Program-made: the position numbers and the translations under genes
In this document: piece after piece, positions 25,191 to 33,758 of the stretch
Position numbering within the stretch: position 1 is the first letter of the stretch
Layout of the letters: each line of letters starts with the position of its first letter
Source: a virus
Taxonomy: Duplodnaviria > Heunggongvirae > Uroviricota > Caudoviricetes
Length of the DNA: 34,274 bases
Direction: 5' to 3' (one strand)
Virus record (IMG/VR): IMGVR_UViG_2740892426_000003
The notes under the pieces: model-generated
Seen by the model: the letters and a program-made list of their open reading frames with translations, nothing else
What the model was told of the DNA's origin: nothing
The model's database searches: none

Positions 25191-25844
25191 GTGGATATTG
25201 AATTTTTTCTTAAAGAGCGCACAAGATTCGTTACTTATTTCTATGAAACGGCTGCTGCACCATTTGTTAACATCATGAATGATATTGAGAATGAAGTGGA
25301 ACCTTATATTCAGCCGTATGGTGAGAGTGATGAACCAGCTTTTTTAGATGAATGGTTAGATGCAAAGTCGGGATTAGAAACCTGTGGGCACCATGCATTA
25401 TCGATGCTTTCGTCTTCTCTTCAGTTGTACCTGAAGGCGTGGGTAGATCGCTTAGGATATCATAGCGTGAAATCTGATATAAATTTCAAGAAGGGTTGGT
25501 TTAATGGCTATCGTGAAATTTTCAACAAAATTGAGTTGGAAATGGCAAAATGTCCTGCAAATTTGGAAATAATTGAACAAATTCCCTTGGTGAGAAATCG
25601 TGTCCAGCATCCTGAGGAACTTACCTCAATTAATATTTCTCACTCAAAAAATGACTTGGAAAAATATCCTCGCCCATACTTTATTCAGGAGTGTGAGCTA
25701 CTTTTGGCTTCCGAACAGGAAGAAAAATCGTGGTTATTCCCACCTACAATATCCCCGACTAAAGAGAAAATATTCGAAGCTATCAGAAATGTTGAAATGC
25801 TGTGCTCTTGGTTAGAGTCTGAGTATTGGTCGGCTCTTGACTAA
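25191..25844 (+). CDS. hypothetical 217-aa protein, AT-rich orphan cargo (candidate effector or toxin partner of the upstream RHH)
   Basis: Start set at GTG 4 nt after a consensus AGGAGG (ORF track begins at TTG 25173). Markedly AT-rich versus the flanking head and lysis genes; no motif recognised. Confidence 0.65.
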   Translation: MDIEFFLKERTRFVTYFYETAAAPFVNIMNDIENEVEPYIQPYGESDEPAFLDEWLDAKSGLETCGHHALSMLSSSLQLYLKAWVDRLGYHSVKSDINFKKGWFNGYREIFNKIELEMAKCPANLEIIEQIPLVRNRVQHPEELTSINISHSKNDLEKYPRPYFIQECELLLASEQEEKSWLFPPTISPTKEKIFEAIRNVEMLCSWLESEYWSALD

Positions 25845-25879
25845 ATGTAGAATAGAGTAAGTCAGCGTCAAATGAAAAC

Positions 25880-25897
25880 AGCCCGACGAATCGGGCT
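25880..25897. terminator. hairpin terminator between convergent cargo genes
   Basis: 7-bp stem AGCCCGA/TCGGGCT with CGAA loop; T-rich on the minus-strand side, A/T-rich on both sides. Confidence 0.45.
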
Positions 25898-25933
25898 ATT
25901 ATGGCTATCAGGCAAACACTACCTTCAAACTCA

Positions 25934-26170
25934 TTATGCCGCCTCAATACCCGCTCTGGTTAACATATAGTGGCCCCAGTGGGTTTTCTTCAGATAACCG
26001 GCCAGTTCCATCTGTGTCACAATAAATTCAGCGTTAACTATTTCTATATCTGCGTAGTCGGCCAGATCGCGCAGCGGCCATGTGCTGCGAACGCCGACGC
26101 TAACTATGGTATCTCTGATGCGGCGAGCGGTATCGGTCATTGGGCGGGTTCTGGCTGCCTGAATAGTCAT
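25934..26170 (-). CDS. hypothetical small protein, possible winged-helix DNA-binding protein
   Basis: Start set at ATG (MTIQAARTRP...) preceded by GGGGA; immediately downstream of L. Confidence 0.45.
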   Translation of the reverse strand: MTIQAARTRPMTDTARRIRDTIVSVGVRSTWPLRDLADYADIEIVNAEFIVTQMELAGYLKKTHWGHYMLTRAGIEAA

Positions 26171-26285
26171 GGTATTTTCCCCTGTAAGTTCTTTCGTTGG
26201 GTCAGACACTAACTCTGGTGGGGAAGGGGCATCCAGCGTTCAGATGAGGCGATACGGTGATGCGCATCGCATATCCGTACTCTTT

Positions 26286-26753
26286 TTATACCAGAACAAA
26301 CGTGCTACGCGGCTTGCCCAGAATATCCCGCACTGCGAAGCGGGCATCGCGCGCCAGATCGTCGGCGGTGCTTTCCTTTTGTTCCACCAGTTTGCTGCCG
26401 TGGGCGGTGGCATCAAAGTTACGGTAGCGTTCCAGCAGGTTTGCGTGCGTCAGGCTGTACACCGCGTGGCGGTAGCGGTGCAGGTTAACGCTTGCGCCGT
26501 CCAGTCGTTCGGTCGTGGTTTCCGCAATGCAAGTTGTGCCACGGTTTTCCTGTTCCAGCCGCCATTCCCGCAGGTCGTCGTTTACGCTGGCCAGCGCAAT
26601 CAGCAGCGCCTCGCGCAGCCGTTCGTTGGTGACGGTGCTGTCCAGCCGTTGGGTCGCACGCAGATGTTGCGTATCAATATCGGGAAAGAAAGGGTGGTTG
26701 CTGATAACCAGCCCCGGCAGACTGGCGGCGGGGGCAACCTGAATAAAGCTCAT
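26286..26753 (-). CDS. L: head completion/stabilisation protein L
   Basis: Start set at MSFIQVAP (preceded by AGGGAG); FFPDID...ERYR pattern resembles recalled P2 gpL. Confidence 0.85.
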   Translation of the reverse strand: MSFIQVAPAASLPGLVISNHPFFPDIDTQHLRATQRLDSTVTNERLREALLIALASVNDDLREWRLEQENRGTTCIAETTTERLDGASVNLHRYRHAVYSLTHANLLERYRNFDATAHGSKLVEQKESTADDLARDARFAVRDILGKPRSTFVLV

Positions 26754-26838
26754 TATATTCTCCCTGTTCGGCGGTGGACGGCGGGCGTTGCAGTGGTATA
26801 ACCACGCGCGGCCAGCCGTGCCGCCGGTCGTGAGGGTC

Positions 26839-27492
26839 TCACTCGGTAGGCTGACTGTTGCGAATTTGTCGCTCCAGTTGCTCAATCAGTTTTTTCACGC
26901 CGACGTTCTCATCCAGTTGTAGCGCGCGCTGGAACTGCGCCAGCGCCTCCTGCGGCTGGCTTTCGCTGTGTGCCAGCCCCAATGCCTTGTGCAGGCGGGC
27001 GCGAACCTGATCCGGCATGTCTTGGGAGGCTAACAGTCCGGCAAAGGCCAGCAGGCTGTCCAGCGCCACAAAGGTACCGGCGGCAAGCTGTTTCAGAGCG
27101 GTGTCGGCAACCTCTTCAGCCACCATGCAGGCGGTCTGCCGTTGGTACTGATCCGGCGTTACCCAGCTGTGTTTCAGGGCGTGTTCCGCCATGGGGTAGG
27201 CAGCGGGAAAGTCGCCGGTATCCAGCGTCCAGAGCAGCACCGTCATAAACACATCGTCCTGATGCTTGCTGTCAGCGGCCAGAACGCCGCTTACCCACGG
27301 CTGGTAATCGGGCAGCAGTTCACCCTTAACCTCGATTTTACGTTCAATGGACTGGATCGCTTTCAGGCGGCGTTTATCGGTTGCCAGCTTTGCCAGCATC
27401 AGTTCATAGCCGCTGGCGTAGGTCTGGTTTTCCTGTTGATTTGCGGCCTGCGCCTGATGGCGCAACAGGTGGCGGCGGGCAGGCGTCATCAT
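26839..27492 (-). CDS. M: terminase endonuclease (small) subunit M
   Basis: 217-aa ORF; LKAIQSIERK...ELLP...QDDVFMTVLLWTLDTGD...GVKKLIEQLER aligns by eye with recalled P2 gpM. Confidence 0.85.
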   Translation of the reverse strand: MMTPARRHLLRHQAQAANQQENQTYASGYELMLAKLATDKRRLKAIQSIERKIEVKGELLPDYQPWVSGVLAADSKHQDDVFMTVLLWTLDTGDFPAAYPMAEHALKHSWVTPDQYQRQTACMVAEEVADTALKQLAAGTFVALDSLLAFAGLLASQDMPDQVRARLHKALGLAHSESQPQEALAQFQRALQLDENVGVKKLIEQLERQIRNSQPTE

Positions 27493-28508
27493 GCGTCTTT
27501 ATCCTCAAACTTAATGTTTTCAAACAGGCAGCCGCAGCCGAAGTCTTCCACCACAAATGCATCGTTGGAGGACTCGAAGTTCTCTACCCGGTCACGTTTG
27601 GGGTTATCAATAATGGCGCGGCGGCGGGTGCCTTTCTGGACATAGATAGACAGGTTGCTGAAGGCGGTGACCAGAATGGTGTTGCGCGGGAAACCCGGCA
27701 CGCGCACGGCAGGGCGTCCGCCGATGGTTTTCTGGCTGACCAGAATCTGCCCCGCCAGTTTTTCGCTGTTTTCATTGTGCTGGTTGAGGATCGGGAAGTA
27801 TTTGTCGTGCAGGACGCCACGGCCACAAATGGCGACCAGATCTGCGCCGTCGACGTGCCATTCGTCAATCAGGTTTTCTTCGCCGTCATTGACCATGGCG
27901 TCCAGATTCTCATAGTCGCCGCCTTTGCCAATGATGATTTTGCCGGAACCTTCCACACCTTCGTTCATGACGCGTTCCGGGGCGTGGTCGCGGTACTGTT
28001 GCAGCCAGCCCTTGTTAACGTCCTGTAGAAGGGGGTAACGCTGGAAGTCGGTCTGGGCGGCAACGAGGATACCGTTGAAGCCAATCAGGATGCGGTCTAA
28101 TCCCTGTCGCCGGGTGATGCTGTCGCGCACGCGGATCTGAAAATCCGGGTGCACGGCCCATGCGTCCAGTTTGGCGTATTTCAGCGCGGTGTCGTAGTTG
28201 GTTTTTTCGCAGCGGTAACGATTAGTCGTCATCGACGTGGGGTCGATGGGTTCACGCTCACGCTGGCTGGTATCGGTGCGACTGGCCGTGGGGCGATCAA
28301 TGCCGATACCGACTTTTTCACCTTCCTGATCCACCACTTCATGGACGTTGATTTTGGTCAGGAACTCCACGGACGCCTGAATTTTAGTTTCCAGCGTCTG
28401 CTGTACGGAAGGTTCTACCGTGAATTCGACGGCGGCGCTCTGGACACCGGACAGCCCGGCGACGGTTTCAACGTAAGCGTTGTATTTTAAGCGGGTTTCG
28501 TTACGCAT
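27489..28508 (-). CDS. N: major capsid protein N
   Basis: 339-aa ORF; MRNETRLKYNAY...LSIYVQKGTRRRAIIDNPKRDRVENFESSN resembles recalled P2 gpN throughout. Confidence 0.9.
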   Translation of the reverse strand: MRNETRLKYNAYVETVAGLSGVQSAAVEFTVEPSVQQTLETKIQASVEFLTKINVHEVVDQEGEKVGIGIDRPTASRTDTSQREREPIDPTSMTTNRYRCEKTNYDTALKYAKLDAWAVHPDFQIRVRDSITRRQGLDRILIGFNGILVAAQTDFQRYPLLQDVNKGWLQQYRDHAPERVMNEGVEGSGKIIIGKGGDYENLDAMVNDGEENLIDEWHVDGADLVAICGRGVLHDKYFPILNQHNENSEKLAGQILVSQKTIGGRPAVRVPGFPRNTILVTAFSNLSIYVQKGTRRRAIIDNPKRDRVENFESSNDAFVVEDFGCGCLFENIKFEDKDA

Positions 28509-28518
28509 CGGGGGTTCC

Positions 28519-29346
28519 TTAACAGTCGGTTTTCAGGTCGGTGTTGCCACCGGTGGCAGGCTGGCGCGATGGTGTGGCCGGTTGCTTTGCAAGCTGAGTT
28601 TTCAGCGTGGAATAATCGGCCTGTAGCTGCTGATGCTGCGTTTGCAGTTCAGACAGCTCAGCGCGAATTTGGTCGACCTGTTCGCTACAGAACGTCGCTA
28701 CTTCCTCCACCGCCAGATGCACGTCGTCCCGTTGCTGGTCGTCGTGGTTCTGCTTTTTACTTAACAGCGCCTTGATGCGGGTAAACAGCGATTCGCCGCT
28801 GCTTTCCTCCACTTCTTCAAACTCCAGTTCAATCTCTTCTGCCACGCTGAAAATGTTCTTCGGCGAGCGCTTACGCGCCGCCAGCGGGTTGCTCTGCGCG
28901 CTGGCGCAGAAGGAGAGCATTTCGGTGCCGAGACTGGCCGGATCGTCGGTGACTGCCAGCCCGACCAGATAGGCTTTGCCTGTATCGGCAAATTTCGGAT
29001 CGACTTCCACCGAGGTATAAACCTTCTGCCCTTTGCGGTTCATTTCGACCAATGAATCCGTTGGGGCCAGACGTGCCAGCAGCGCCAGTTTGCCTTTCAG
29101 GGGGCCGTCTTCGGCGATCTCTTCTTTCTTCACCATCGCCACGTCGCCGTAGCGCTGGAACGGGCCGTCCGGCAGGATGCCTTTCAGGTGCTCCAGATTA
29201 ATGCGCGCGCCGTACACTTTTGGGCTGTATGTATCGGCCATTTGCTCGATCCACTGGCGTTCAATAGTGCGCTTGTCGCAGGTTGCGCCTTCTACGGCGA
29301 TACGCACCCATTTAGAGAGCAGTTTTTTCTTTGGCTTTTTGTCCAT
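28519..29346 (-). CDS. O: capsid scaffolding protein O
   Basis: 275-aa ORF upstream of N, first gene of the O-N-M-L operon, divergent from P. Confidence 0.85.
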   Translation of the reverse strand: MDKKPKKKLLSKWVRIAVEGATCDKRTIERQWIEQMADTYSPKVYGARINLEHLKGILPDGPFQRYGDVAMVKKEEIAEDGPLKGKLALLARLAPTDSLVEMNRKGQKVYTSVEVDPKFADTGKAYLVGLAVTDDPASLGTEMLSFCASAQSNPLAARKRSPKNIFSVAEEIELEFEEVEESSGESLFTRIKALLSKKQNHDDQQRDDVHLAVEEVATFCSEQVDQIRAELSELQTQHQQLQADYSTLKTQLAKQPATPSRQPATGGNTDLKTDC

Positions 29347-29418
29347 AACGTTCAGTCCCGGCGTTGGCTAAATAAGCGAATGGTCGGGTAGTCCTCCGCT
29401 ATCAGGCAACGGGCTTCG

Positions 29419-29441
29419 CTTGTAATCATCCGGGTTACAAG
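29419..29441. promoter_or_regulatory. late-promoter activator site (CTTGTA-N11-TACAAG dyad) in the O/P divergent region
   Basis: Same dyad as upstream of FI, V and X, centred 72-84 bp from the O and P starts. Confidence 0.55.
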
Positions 29442-29501
29442 CGGCATTGCTACGCGCAGGCAGCGGCTTGTTTACGCTGACGGCAGAAACGAGAGGACGT
29501 T

Positions 29502-31286
29502 ATGCCGCCAGACATCGAAAAACATCTGCTTGCCCTTCAGGATGAAGATCCACGCCGCAAAGCCCGCTATCTGTACTGGCAGGGTTTTCGCATCGCGCGG
29601 ATCGCCGAACTGTTGGGGGTGAAAGTTACCACGCTGCATAGCTGGAAGCGGCGCGACGGCTGGGATGAATCCGCCCCGCTGGAGCGGGTGACGGCGGTGA
29701 CCGAGGCGCGTCTGATCCAGCTCACGGTGAAGGAAAATAAAGAGGGGAAGGATTTTAAGGAGATCGATTTGCTCTGGCGGCAGATGGAGCGCGGGGCAAG
29801 GGTTGAACGCTATCAGCAGGGAGGCAATGAGGTCGACCTGAATCCTGCTCTTGCGAAGCGTAACGCCGGGCCGCGCAGACAGCCGGAAACCAACCATATC
29901 AGCGAGGAGCAGGCGGAGAAGCTGAAACAGCTATTTCTGGACGGGCTGTATCCGCACCAGAAACACTGGTACCGCGCCGGACTGGAACACCGTATCCGCG
30001 ATATCAACAAGTCGCGCCAGATTGGGGCGACGATGTTCTTTGGGCGGGAAGGGTTTATGGATGCGGTGGAAAGTGGGCGCAACCAGATCTTTCTCTCTGC
30101 TTCCAAAGCGCAGGCGCACCAGTTCCGCCAGTACATTGTCGATTTTGCTCGTGAGGCGGATGTTGAGCTGAAAGGCGAAGTCATTCACCTGCCGCATAAT
30201 GATAGCCGGATGTATTTTCTCGGCACTAATGCCCGCACCGCCCAGACCTATCATGGCAACCTGTATCTGGATGAATACTTCTGGATACACCGCTTTCTGG
30301 AACTGCGCCGTAACGCGGCGGGGATGGCCAGCCAGAAGCGCTGGCGGCAAACCTACTTCTCCACGCCGTCCAGCATCACCCATGAAGCCTATAAGTTCTG
30401 GACAGGGCAACTGTTCAACAAGGGCAGGCCGAAGAGCGAACAGATTCGACTGGATATCAGCCATCGGGCGCTGTCGGCAGGGCGGTTGTGTGAAGACGGC
30501 CAGTGGCGGCAAATCGTCACCGTTGAGGATGCCATCAATCAGGGTTATGACCTGTTCGACCTTGAGCAACTCAGGCTGGAGAACTCGCCGGAAGAGTTCG
30601 CCAACCTGTTTATGTGCCAGTTTATTGACGATACCGCATCGGTATTCCCGCTCAGCATGTTGCAGGGTTGCATGGTCGATAGCTGGGAAGTCTGGGACGA
30701 CTACAAGCCGTTTGCCCTGCGTCCGCTCGGCGAACGCTCGGTATGGGTGGGCTACGATCCGGCGTTAAGCGGCGACAGCGCCGGATGCGTGGTGGTCGCG
30801 CCGCCGGTCATTGAGGGCGGCAAGTTTCGGGTAATTGAAAAGCACCAGTGGCACGGGATGGACTTCGCGGCGCAGGCGGAGAATATCCGCAAAATTACCG
30901 AGCGCTATAACGTGACGTACATCGGCATTGACGTGACCGGTATCGGCCACGGCGTGCATCAACTGGTGAAACAGTTCTTCCCGGCAGTGCAGGCATTCTC
31001 TTATTCCCCGGAAGTGAAACAGCGTCTGGTGCTGAAAACGCTGGACGTTGTCCGTAAACACCGACTGGAGTTTGACGCTGGATGGACGGATCTGGCGCAG
31101 GCATTTATGGCGATCCGCAAAACCCTGACCCCGTCCGGGCGTCAGGTGACCTTCGAGGCCAGCCGTTCGGAAGAAGTCTCCCACGCGGATCTGGCATGGG
31201 CGTGCATGCACGCCATTATCAATGAACCACTGGAAAGCTCTGGCGGCGCGAACAGCGGGCGGGGCTTAATTAAGGTGTATGGATGA
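29502..31286 (+). CDS. P: terminase large (ATPase) subunit P
   Basis: 594-aa ORF divergent from O; size and position as P2 gpP; stop overlaps the Q start (ATGA). Confidence 0.9.
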   Translation: MPPDIEKHLLALQDEDPRRKARYLYWQGFRIARIAELLGVKVTTLHSWKRRDGWDESAPLERVTAVTEARLIQLTVKENKEGKDFKEIDLLWRQMERGARVERYQQGGNEVDLNPALAKRNAGPRRQPETNHISEEQAEKLKQLFLDGLYPHQKHWYRAGLEHRIRDINKSRQIGATMFFGREGFMDAVESGRNQIFLSASKAQAHQFRQYIVDFAREADVELKGEVIHLPHNDSRMYFLGTNARTAQTYHGNLYLDEYFWIHRFLELRRNAAGMASQKRWRQTYFSTPSSITHEAYKFWTGQLFNKGRPKSEQIRLDISHRALSAGRLCEDGQWRQIVTVEDAINQGYDLFDLEQLRLENSPEEFANLFMCQFIDDTASVFPLSMLQGCMVDSWEVWDDYKPFALRPLGERSVWVGYDPALSGDSAGCVVVAPPVIEGGKFRVIEKHQWHGMDFAAQAENIRKITERYNVTYIGIDVTGIGHGVHQLVKQFFPAVQAFSYSPEVKQRLVLKTLDVVRKHRLEFDAGWTDLAQAFMAIRKTLTPSGRQVTFEASRSEEVSHADLAWACMHAIINEPLESSGGANSGRGLIKVYG

Positions 31287-32263
31287 ATAACGCAATGGCT
31301 TTCACCTTCGGTGAACCCGAAGCCCTGCTGGACAGGCGGGAAATACTGAACTATCTGGAGTGCGTAGACTTTGGCAAATGGTATGCGCCGCCGGTGGATT
31401 TTAATTCGCTGGCGCTGTCGTTCCGCGCTTCGGCGCATCATACCAGCCCGATCTGCGTGAAGCGCAATGTGCTGGTTGGTACCTTCATACCTCATCCGTT
31501 GTTGACCCGGCAGGCGTTCAGCCGCCTTGCGCTGGACTATCTGGTGTTCGGTAATGCCTATCTGGAGCGGCAGGATAACCGGCTGGGCCAGCCGTTAACG
31601 CTGGTGCCTGCGCTGGCGAAGTATGTCCGGCGCGGCAAGGCGCTGGACAGCTATTTCTTTGTTCAGCCCGGTAAAGTGGATCATGAGTTTGCGTCGGGCA
31701 GTATCGGCCACCTGCTGGAGCCGGATATCAATCAGGAAATCTACGGCCTGCCTGAATACCTCTCTGCGCTGAACGCGGCATGGCTGGATAACTCCGCCAC
31801 GCTGTTTCGCCGTCGCTACTACAAGAACGGCAGTCATGCCGGTTTCATCCTCTACCTGAGCGACCCTGCCCATAACGAGGCGGATATTGGGGCGTTACAG
31901 GAGGCGCTGGCGAACAGCCGTGGCCCCGGCAACTTCCGCAATCTGCTGATGTATCTGCCGAACGGCAAACCGGACAGCGTAAAGGTGATCCCGATTGGCG
32001 AGGTGGCGGCGAAAGATAACTTCTCCGATATCAAGAGCGTCAGCCGTGACGACCAGTTAGCCGCGCACCGGGTACCGCCCGCGCTCATGGGCGTGGTACC
32101 GAGTAACGCCGGTGGCTTCGGCGACGCTATCAAAGCGGCGAAGGTATTCAACTGCAATGAGATCGAGCCGCTGCAGGAACGCTTTAAAGAACTGAACGAC
32201 TGGCTGGGGCTGGAGGTTATTCGCTTCAAAAAGTACCGCCTTGCCGACGACGATTCAGAGTAA
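31283..32263 (+). CDS. Q: portal protein Q
   Basis: 326-aa ORF; AFTFGEPEALLDRREILNYLECV...LLEPDINQEIYGLPEYLSALNAAWL...ELNDWLG matches recalled P2 gpQ. Confidence 0.9.
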   Translation: MNNAMAFTFGEPEALLDRREILNYLECVDFGKWYAPPVDFNSLALSFRASAHHTSPICVKRNVLVGTFIPHPLLTRQAFSRLALDYLVFGNAYLERQDNRLGQPLTLVPALAKYVRRGKALDSYFFVQPGKVDHEFASGSIGHLLEPDINQEIYGLPEYLSALNAAWLDNSATLFRRRYYKNGSHAGFILYLSDPAHNEADIGALQEALANSRGPGNFRNLLMYLPNGKPDSVKVIPIGEVAAKDNFSDIKSVSRDDQLAAHRVPPALMGVVPSNAGGFGDAIKAAKVFNCNEIEPLQERFKELNDWLGLEVIRFKKYRLADDDSE

Positions 32264-32308
32264 CCCCAACAACGACCAGCTCCCCATCAGCGCCACCACG
32301 CGCCATTC

Positions 32309-32332
32309 AGCCCGCTTCCTGCGGGTTTTTTT
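32309..32332 (+). terminator. rho-independent terminator after the P-Q operon
   Basis: Stem CCCGC/GCGGG with TTCCT loop followed by a run of 7 T, about 45 nt after the Q stop. Confidence 0.5.
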
Positions 32333-32582
32333 ACGCCTTCTCACCGCCAGAATCCCCAGCCAGCACCGCCAGCGCGCGGTTGTGACCCCGCCACGCCTGC
32401 GCAGTAAATAGATCGCTTTTTTTGCACTGGTGCGTAAGCGTCGGAGCGGGCCATAACGGGAGGGCGTGGTCGGGTTGCAGGTGCAGCAGAATCATGCGGA
32501 TTTATGCGCCCTGTGTATGCGGCAGAGACGATCGGGAGGACAATGCCACGATCCTTTTGGTATTTTTGGATCGCCTGTCGGG

Positions 32583-32864
32583 AAAAGGTAACCTCAGTAA
32601 TTGGCAGTAAAAATAATGCTTATTTTATTGTTTATAAAAGAGAAATTTAGTTACCCCTAAAAGGTAATCTGAGGTAACCCAAAAGGTAACCTGTTTTATA
32701 TTTTCATATAAATCATAACGTTACCAATTAGAAGAGATCACTATTATAAAAGGTAACCTGATTACTCTTTGGTTACCAAAAGATTACCTTTCTCTGTTTT
32801 TGAAAAATCCTTTTTATTCATTAAGTTATTTTGATTTTTCGTTGCAGGTTACTAAGGTTACCTT
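32583..32864. repeat. iteron array: about 6 full and 3-4 partial copies of AAAGGTAACCT (both orientations) in AT-rich DNA
   Basis: Direct copies at about 32583, 32659 (AAAGGTAATCT), 32681 and 32748; inverted copies at about 32780 and 32854; partial cores at about 32671, 32719, 32770 and 32845. Some spacings are about 22 bp. Confidence 0.7.
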
Positions 32865-33135
32865 TTTCCGAAGCCCCCACGGACTTTGGTATATATAGAG
32901 AGGTTAAAAAGCAGTCATTATGTTTGCCAGCTATTTACTTCCCATTCTTCCACTGGCCAGCATGTTAATATGCCCGGTAGTGATAACTCGTTGCCGTTGG
33001 GTTACTTTCTTCTGTGGACGGTAAAATTGACGGTAAATTGGGTAGCGTGTCTCAATTTAGACTATTAAAATCAAGTAATTAAAGTGATTGTATATAATCG
33101 AGTGGGAATGATTTGACTCTGCACTATGAATGAAC

Positions 33136-33165
33136 AAAACCCTCTGTTACTACAGAGGGTTTTTT
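33136..33165 (-). terminator. hairpin terminator (potentially bidirectional) downstream of the exported coiled-coil protein gene
   Basis: 8-bp stem ACCCTCTG/CAGAGGGT with 6-nt loop, flanked by an A-run upstream and T-run downstream. Confidence 0.55.
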
Positions 33166-33203
33166 ATACTCACGAATCATAGGATTGAAGTTACTAACAT
33201 CGA

Positions 33204-33743
33204 TTAATTAAACCAGCTATCTGATTTATTCTCTTCTGCTTTGCCCACGCTTTTCATCAGATCGCGACCGCCTTCAGTCATATTCCTGTTTGCGTCAGCT
33301 TCAGATTGCACCACATCGGTTTGCGCAGCTTTGTGCTTCAGTTCCTGATCGATAAATTCGTTTTCTCGCTTAACGCGGGCTTCTTCTTTCGCCAGCGCCA
33401 GTTTTTGCTTCTGAATCTCTAAGCTGCGTAGCTCATCTTCATAACTTTGATCGCGTTTTTTGTCCGCAGTGGCTTCGGCGTCCAGTTTATCCTGACGAGC
33501 TTTCTTATTCGCCGCTGCCGTTGCCGCTCTTTTATTAGCCGCGGCCTGGGCGTTTGCGCGACGTTGCTTCTCTTGCTGGATTTCCCTGTTGCGCTCCGCG
33601 ACCCATTCGTCATGCTGCCTTTGCTCTTCATTTTTACCTTGCTGTTCCGCTTCTGCGACAGCCGAGAGTTGATCCTGCAATGATGAGGCGATAGCCGGAT
33701 AGCTTAAGGAGGCTAAGATGGCGCAAAGAAAAACTTTCTTCAT
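33204..33743 (-). CDS. exported (signal-peptide) charged coiled-coil protein, function unknown
   Basis: 179-aa ORF with N-terminal signal peptide and highly charged K/E/A/Q-rich helical region; unclear whether phage cargo or host. Confidence 0.6.
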   Translation of the reverse strand: MKKVFLCAILASLSYPAIASSLQDQLSAVAEAEQQGKNEEQRQHDEWVAERNREIQQEKQRRANAQAAANKRAATAAANKKARQDKLDAEATADKKRDQSYEDELRSLEIQKQKLALAKEEARVKRENEFIDQELKHKAAQTDVVQSEADANRNMTEGGRDLMKSVGKAEENKSDSWFN

Positions 33744-33758
33744 GACTCCTCCTGATCA

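Noticed and set aside
26169-26801. 210-aa plus-strand ORF antisense to L and the small downstream gene
   Set aside because: Antisense to the head completion gene, which matches recalled P2 gpL.
29461-29490. Second late-promoter dyad in the O/P intergenic region (TGTTT...AAACG)
   Set aside because: Only a weak 4-bp inverted repeat with no CTTGTA/TACAAG hexamers; not comparable to the four perfect dyads.
29931-30569. 212-aa and 123-aa minus-strand ORFs and a 189-aa plus-strand alternative-frame ORF inside terminase gene P
   Set aside because: Overlap the terminase ATPase gene, which is supported by order and length; alternative or antisense frames of GC-rich coding sequence.
32583-32864. Possible CRISPR array
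   Set aside because: Repeats are only 11 bp, occur in both orientations with irregular spacing and no unique spacers of constant length; no cas genes in the window.
32422-33068. Small ORFs of 62 aa and 60 aa in the cos/iteron non-coding region
   Set aside because: No RBS, low-complexity translations, embedded in repeat and AT-rich regulatory DNA.
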